A DNA stretch of 64,000 bases from Candidatus Omnitrophota bacterium (GTDB lineage: Bacteria; Ratteibacteria; UBA8468; MWAK01). Both the position numbers and the translations under genes were made by a program. This document shows positions 60,979 to 64,000 of this stretch, piece after piece. Positions within the stretch are counted from its first letter, which is position 1. Each line of letters begins with the position of its first letter. Location: positions 1 to 64,000 of the forward strand of contig JBDRQI010000004.1 of NCBI GenBank assembly GCA_043826355.1, written 5' to 3'. The notes beneath the pieces are model-generated. The model did no database searches, was not told the DNA's origin, and saw nothing but the letters and a program-made list of their open reading frames with translations.

Positions 60979-61135
60979 CTCCATTTATCCCTCAACAAGA
61001 GATATTTTAGCCTGATAGTCTGCTTTTTTATTATATTTTACTCAGTTGTATCTAGTTGTCAATTAAAGGGTTGTTCCTCATTCAGTGCACCAAACAAATT
61101 TTATCACCCTGCCAGGATACGGTCAAGGTTTTGCA
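60979..61135. repeat. Island direct repeat R2 (minus-strand TTGACA-16-TAAAAT)
   Basis: Homologous to 55124-55282. Confidence 0.9.
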
Positions 61136-61184
61136 GTCTAAAACTACGACACAGGGGCGGGGTAAATTATTTCTTGTGTTGGCA

Positions 61185-61230
61185 TGACCTTACCCCGTCT
61201 TTATGACCACCTTTTTTAGAGTGCAGAGCA
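61185..61230 (+). mobile_element. TG...CA micro-element, copy 2 (46 bp)
   Basis: TGACCTTACCCCGTCTTTATGACCACCTTTTTTAGAGTGCAGAGCA; inverted copy of 51491-51537. Confidence 0.7.
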
Positions 61231-61291
61231 AAAATTTTTAACCTGATGCTCCGCCTTGATCTGTAGAAATTGCATCGTTTCGGTCTCTTGG

Positions 61292-62188
61292 TTACTTGCT
61301 GCCTACACCTATAAACGGAAGAGGAACGTTTCCGGTAATTGTCTGCGGCAACACCCCGTCCCATTTTTCAAGAGCGGCACGCTGCACCTCTATCTCTCTC
61401 AGTCTTAGCAGTTCCGCGGTTACGTTTTGCCTCTGCAGCCTTAATGATTCTGCTTCTGCTTTTGCCGATTCTATCGTTTGAGCTGCTTCAATTTTAATTC
61501 TTTCTAAATCCCTTTCTGCTTTTAAGGCTTTCTGGGAAGCAATTACTTTTTCTTCGATCGCGCTTGAGAATTCCGGAGAGAATTGGAACTCAGTTATAGA
61601 CAGAGTCTGCATCACTATTCCATATTCGGCTATTCTTTCTCCTAAACTTTTTTCGATCTGTTCTTTAACGATAGGTCTTTTTGTTATAAGTTCTTCTGCT
61701 TCAAAGTCAGCGGTTGCTGCCTTGACAGACTCGTGAATTGCAGGGAAAACAACTCTGTCCAGATAATCATCCCGCAACTCCTGATAAATTCCGGCTACCT
61801 TGGTGCGGTCCAGCGCATAGTTCAGGGTAACTTCTGTTTTGACATCCTGTAAATCTTTTGATGCGGAAGTAGCCGAAACAACATAAGCCCTGGTTTGAAC
61901 ATTAGCGAAAACAACGCTCTCAACCAAAGGAGTTACCAGGTAAATTCCCTCGTTTAAGACCCGTCCCGTTACTCCGCCGAACCTTAAAACAATCCCCCTG
62001 TATCCGGCGGGAACGGCTCCTACCGCTTGAAACAAGCCCAAGAAAAGGAATCCTGCGATAATTGCAAACGCAAGAGGTTTCTGTTTTAATTGGGTTTCGT
62101 TTCCTTCCATCAACCTGCTTACGAGCCCGCTTTTCCACAAACCTATTCCTACCACTACCAAAAAAATCACAAACTTTAATATCGTCAT
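61292..62188 (-). CDS. Prohibitin/SPFH (Band 7) family membrane protein
   Basis: VPAGYRG, SKDLQ, AEELITKR, FSPEFSSAIEEK, KWDGVLP. Confidence 0.92.
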   Translation of the reverse strand: MTILKFVIFLVVVGIGLWKSGLVSRLMEGNETQLKQKPLAFAIIAGFLFLGLFQAVGAVPAGYRGIVLRFGGVTGRVLNEGIYLVTPLVESVVFANVQTRAYVVSATSASKDLQDVKTEVTLNYALDRTKVAGIYQELRDDYLDRVVFPAIHESVKAATADFEAEELITKRPIVKEQIEKSLGERIAEYGIVMQTLSITEFQFSPEFSSAIEEKVIASQKALKAERDLERIKIEAAQTIESAKAEAESLRLQRQNVTAELLRLREIEVQRAALEKWDGVLPQTITGNVPLPFIGVGSK

Positions 62189-62296
62189 TTTATTCCCTCC
62201 TCATTTTTTTCTTACAGTTTTCCGGAAGTTTTTAACGGCTGGGTTTTTCCCCAAGCGGACAAAACTTAGCTGACGTTCCCCACTTACTTACCAAAA

Positions 62297-62383
62297 GGAA
62301 ATATTTTAACCTGATACCCTGCTTTAAGTATCCTCTATTTTACTCCACTACTGTCCAACTGTCAACTGCACGAAGTGCCTCAT
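62297..62383. repeat. Diverged island repeat R3 (minus-strand TTGACA-17-TAAAAT)
   Basis: GGAAATATTTTAACCTGATA..TATTTTACTC..TGTCAA..CCTCAT aligns with R1 and R2. Confidence 0.7.
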
Positions 62384-62453
62384 CAAAAATCTACTCGAAA
62401 CCGTTTCAATAAAATAAAATTCTGGCGGGGTTTGGCACCGGCAGGTGGAAATG

Positions 62454-62565
62454 TTATGCTATAGCAGGTGCGACAGCACCAAGCAATTGCCGGACCTGGG
62501 AGAGGAAGCGGTCAGGGCAGGGGAGGGCTTCCAGCCAGTTGAAGGTTCGAAAATCGTCCTGCCTG
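62454..62565 (-). pseudogene. Orphan recombinase C-terminal tail no. 2 with a different att-like core
   Basis: Translates DDFRTFNWLEALPCPDRFLSQVRQLLGAVAPAIA*, homologous to tail no. 1. Confidence 0.6.
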
Positions 62566-62645
62566 GTTTTTTCCCAGGGATTTGGACACCGGTGGCCAGA
62601 AATGTTATTCTATCCTAGGCGAACGGCACCGTCTGGTCCCAGATG

Positions 62646-62761
62646 TTAAATGGGAACCGCGGTGGCTTCGAGCAATTGCTGAATCTGAGACAAAAACACC
62701 TCGGGCTTTGGGAAGGTTTCGGCGCTGATAAAGGTTCGAATATCGTCCCACCCTCTCCGCA
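62646..62761 (-). other. attR plus detached recombinase C-terminal tail no. 1
   Basis: TCCCACCCTCTCCGCA matches the tRNA end; minus strand reads RRGW-DDIRTFISAETFPKPEVFLSQIQQLLEATAVPI*. Confidence 0.72.
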
Positions 62762-62792
62762 ACGTTTTTCCTGCCTTGTAAAAATTCCTTAT

Positions 62793-62852
62793 TTGACGAA
62801 TGTATTATTCTTGTTATAAAATACAGGTACAAAGTACAGGTATGAACAGGTA
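62793..62852 (+). promoter_or_regulatory. Promoter plus three ACAGGTA direct repeats (candidate autoregulatory operator)
   Basis: TTGACG then TGtTATAAAAT; ACAGGTA at 62823, 62836 and 62846. Confidence 0.55.
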
Positions 62853-62859
62853 AAACACA

Positions 62860-63942
62860 ATGAGGAAAAAACCAGAACCGATTTACAGAAAATTAGAGGA
62901 AGACCTCTTGCGAAAAATACAGGAGAAGAAGTTAAGGCCGGACCAAGTTCTTTCTTCCGAAAATCAACTGGCCCGTGAGTATAAAATGAGCAGAACTTCG
63001 GTTCGCGTAACCCTTAACAATTTAAAAGCAAAAAGTCTTATCTATTCTCTGCCCGGGAAAGGGAACTTCGTAAAAGGTTACGGTGCCATAAAAAACAAGA
63101 ACAGGCGGATAGCCCTTGTCGTTCCGGACCTGGAGAATTCGAATTTTAACATCTATCACGGTATAGAAGACGTGCTGGAAAAAGAAGGGTTTACCCTCAT
63201 CGTTTATAATTCCAGGCGAAGCATAGAAAAGGAGAATAAAAACATACAAGCCTTGATGGAAGGCAATGAATCAGCAGCGATAATCTTTCCAAACTGGGGT
63301 AAAGCCAATTTTGAACTATTGTATCAACTCAAAAGGATGAATTACCCCTTTGTTTTGATAGACAGGTATTTCCCGGACATAGAAACCGATTACATGATAA
63401 CAAACAATAAAAAGGGTGGTTATCTGGCTACCGAATATCTTATAAATTTGGGCCACAGGAAGATTGGGGTGATATACGGCGTGAACTGTACGGCTATCGA
63501 AGACCGATTTCAGGGATATCTTGATGCTTTAACCAAACACAAAATTGCGTTTTTCGCTTCCCTAACCAAGAAGATTCCCCAAGACGAGAAATACTTTAAG
63601 GAGGAACCCTCAAGCGGTGGAGTTTGGGAGACTAAGGAACTGTTGAAGGAGAAACCGACAGCTATTTTTGCCACCAATGACTTTTTGGCAAGAAACGCTT
63701 TGAATACAATAAGGAAATCAGGTCTTTCGGTTCCGGAAGATATTTCTCTGGTCGGTTTCGACAACCAGGAATTCTCCGAGGACCTTGGGTTGACCACAAT
63801 CGCGCAGCCGTTTTACCGGATAGGCCAAAAAGCTGCTCAACTGGTTATTGAAAAACTCAAAGGAGAAAAAAAGATTAAGAAATTATCTTTGGCACCGGAA
63901 CTGATTATTCGGAAAAGTTGTAAAAAAATCGTGCCGGAATAA
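62860..63942 (+). CDS. GntR-HTH / LacI-type sensor domain transcriptional regulator (AraR-like)
   Basis: SENQLA..SRTSVR..GKGNFV; ATNDFLA, VPEDISLVGFD, LTTIAQP, LIIRKS. Confidence 0.92.
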   Translation: MRKKPEPIYRKLEEDLLRKIQEKKLRPDQVLSSENQLAREYKMSRTSVRVTLNNLKAKSLIYSLPGKGNFVKGYGAIKNKNRRIALVVPDLENSNFNIYHGIEDVLEKEGFTLIVYNSRRSIEKENKNIQALMEGNESAAIIFPNWGKANFELLYQLKRMNYPFVLIDRYFPDIETDYMITNNKKGGYLATEYLINLGHRKIGVIYGVNCTAIEDRFQGYLDALTKHKIAFFASLTKKIPQDEKYFKEEPSSGGVWETKELLKEKPTAIFATNDFLARNALNTIRKSGLSVPEDISLVGFDNQEFSEDLGLTTIAQPFYRIGQKAAQLVIEKLKGEKKIKKLSLAPELIIRKSCKKIVPE

Positions 63943-64000
63943 ATATATATTTTTTCTTCTTAAGAATACAAGTTTAAACAGGTTTATTAAAATGAGTGTT

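Larger units (their letters stand above)
50845..62761. mobile_element. Genomic island integrated at the tRNA-Ser 3' end
   Basis: tRNA 3' end TCCCACCCTCTCCGC repeated at 50962-50976 and 62746-62760; recombinase remnant, IS and heterogeneous GC inside. Confidence 0.82.

Noticed and set aside
55124..62383. CRISPR array or classical integron
   Set aside because: The repeats are long, few and kilobases apart; no cas genes, IntI or attC-type RYYYAAC/GTTRRRY palindromes were recognised.
62605..62832. 75-aa minus-strand ORF across attR
   Set aside because: No motifs; the meaningful reading is a different frame encoding the recombinase tail.

Overview
Bacterial chromosome segment of roughly 50% GC by eye. 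A prepilin/H-X9-DG protein, a UDPGP type-1 pyrophosphorylase and the lack of L30 suggest a PVC-related candidate lineage (inference only). 1-15.7 kb: 3' end of tuf and a contiguous S10-spc-alpha ribosomal protein superoperon. It lacks rpmD, has an RpoA whose alpha-CTD is replaced by a Lys-rich tail, and has two families of structured intergenic repeats. 15.8-50.6 kb: housekeeping and accessory genes: TolQRA-like trio, lysS, an uncharacterised TPR / M28-like-FtsX fusion / OPT-like membrane operon, birA, nadB, trpEG, dnaJ, clpC, a GH4 alpha-galactosidase, an arsenic/thiol-redox cluster and bioY, with many REP-like hairpins. 50.8-62.8 kb: a ~12 kb island integrated at tRNA-Ser(GGA). It holds a serine-recombinase remnant whose C-terminus is split by the att site (two alternative tails sit at the right end), an IS3-family element and a duplicated 47-bp micro-element. 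It also has three cargo modules, each preceded by a promoter-bearing direct repeat. The largest module encodes lysine 2,3-aminomutase, a divergent PurD-like ATP-grasp/EctA-like GNAT fusion and an amino-acid ABC importer, a candidate new beta-lysine-derived metabolite or osmolyte pathway. All assignments are from motif recognition by eye; no searches were run.
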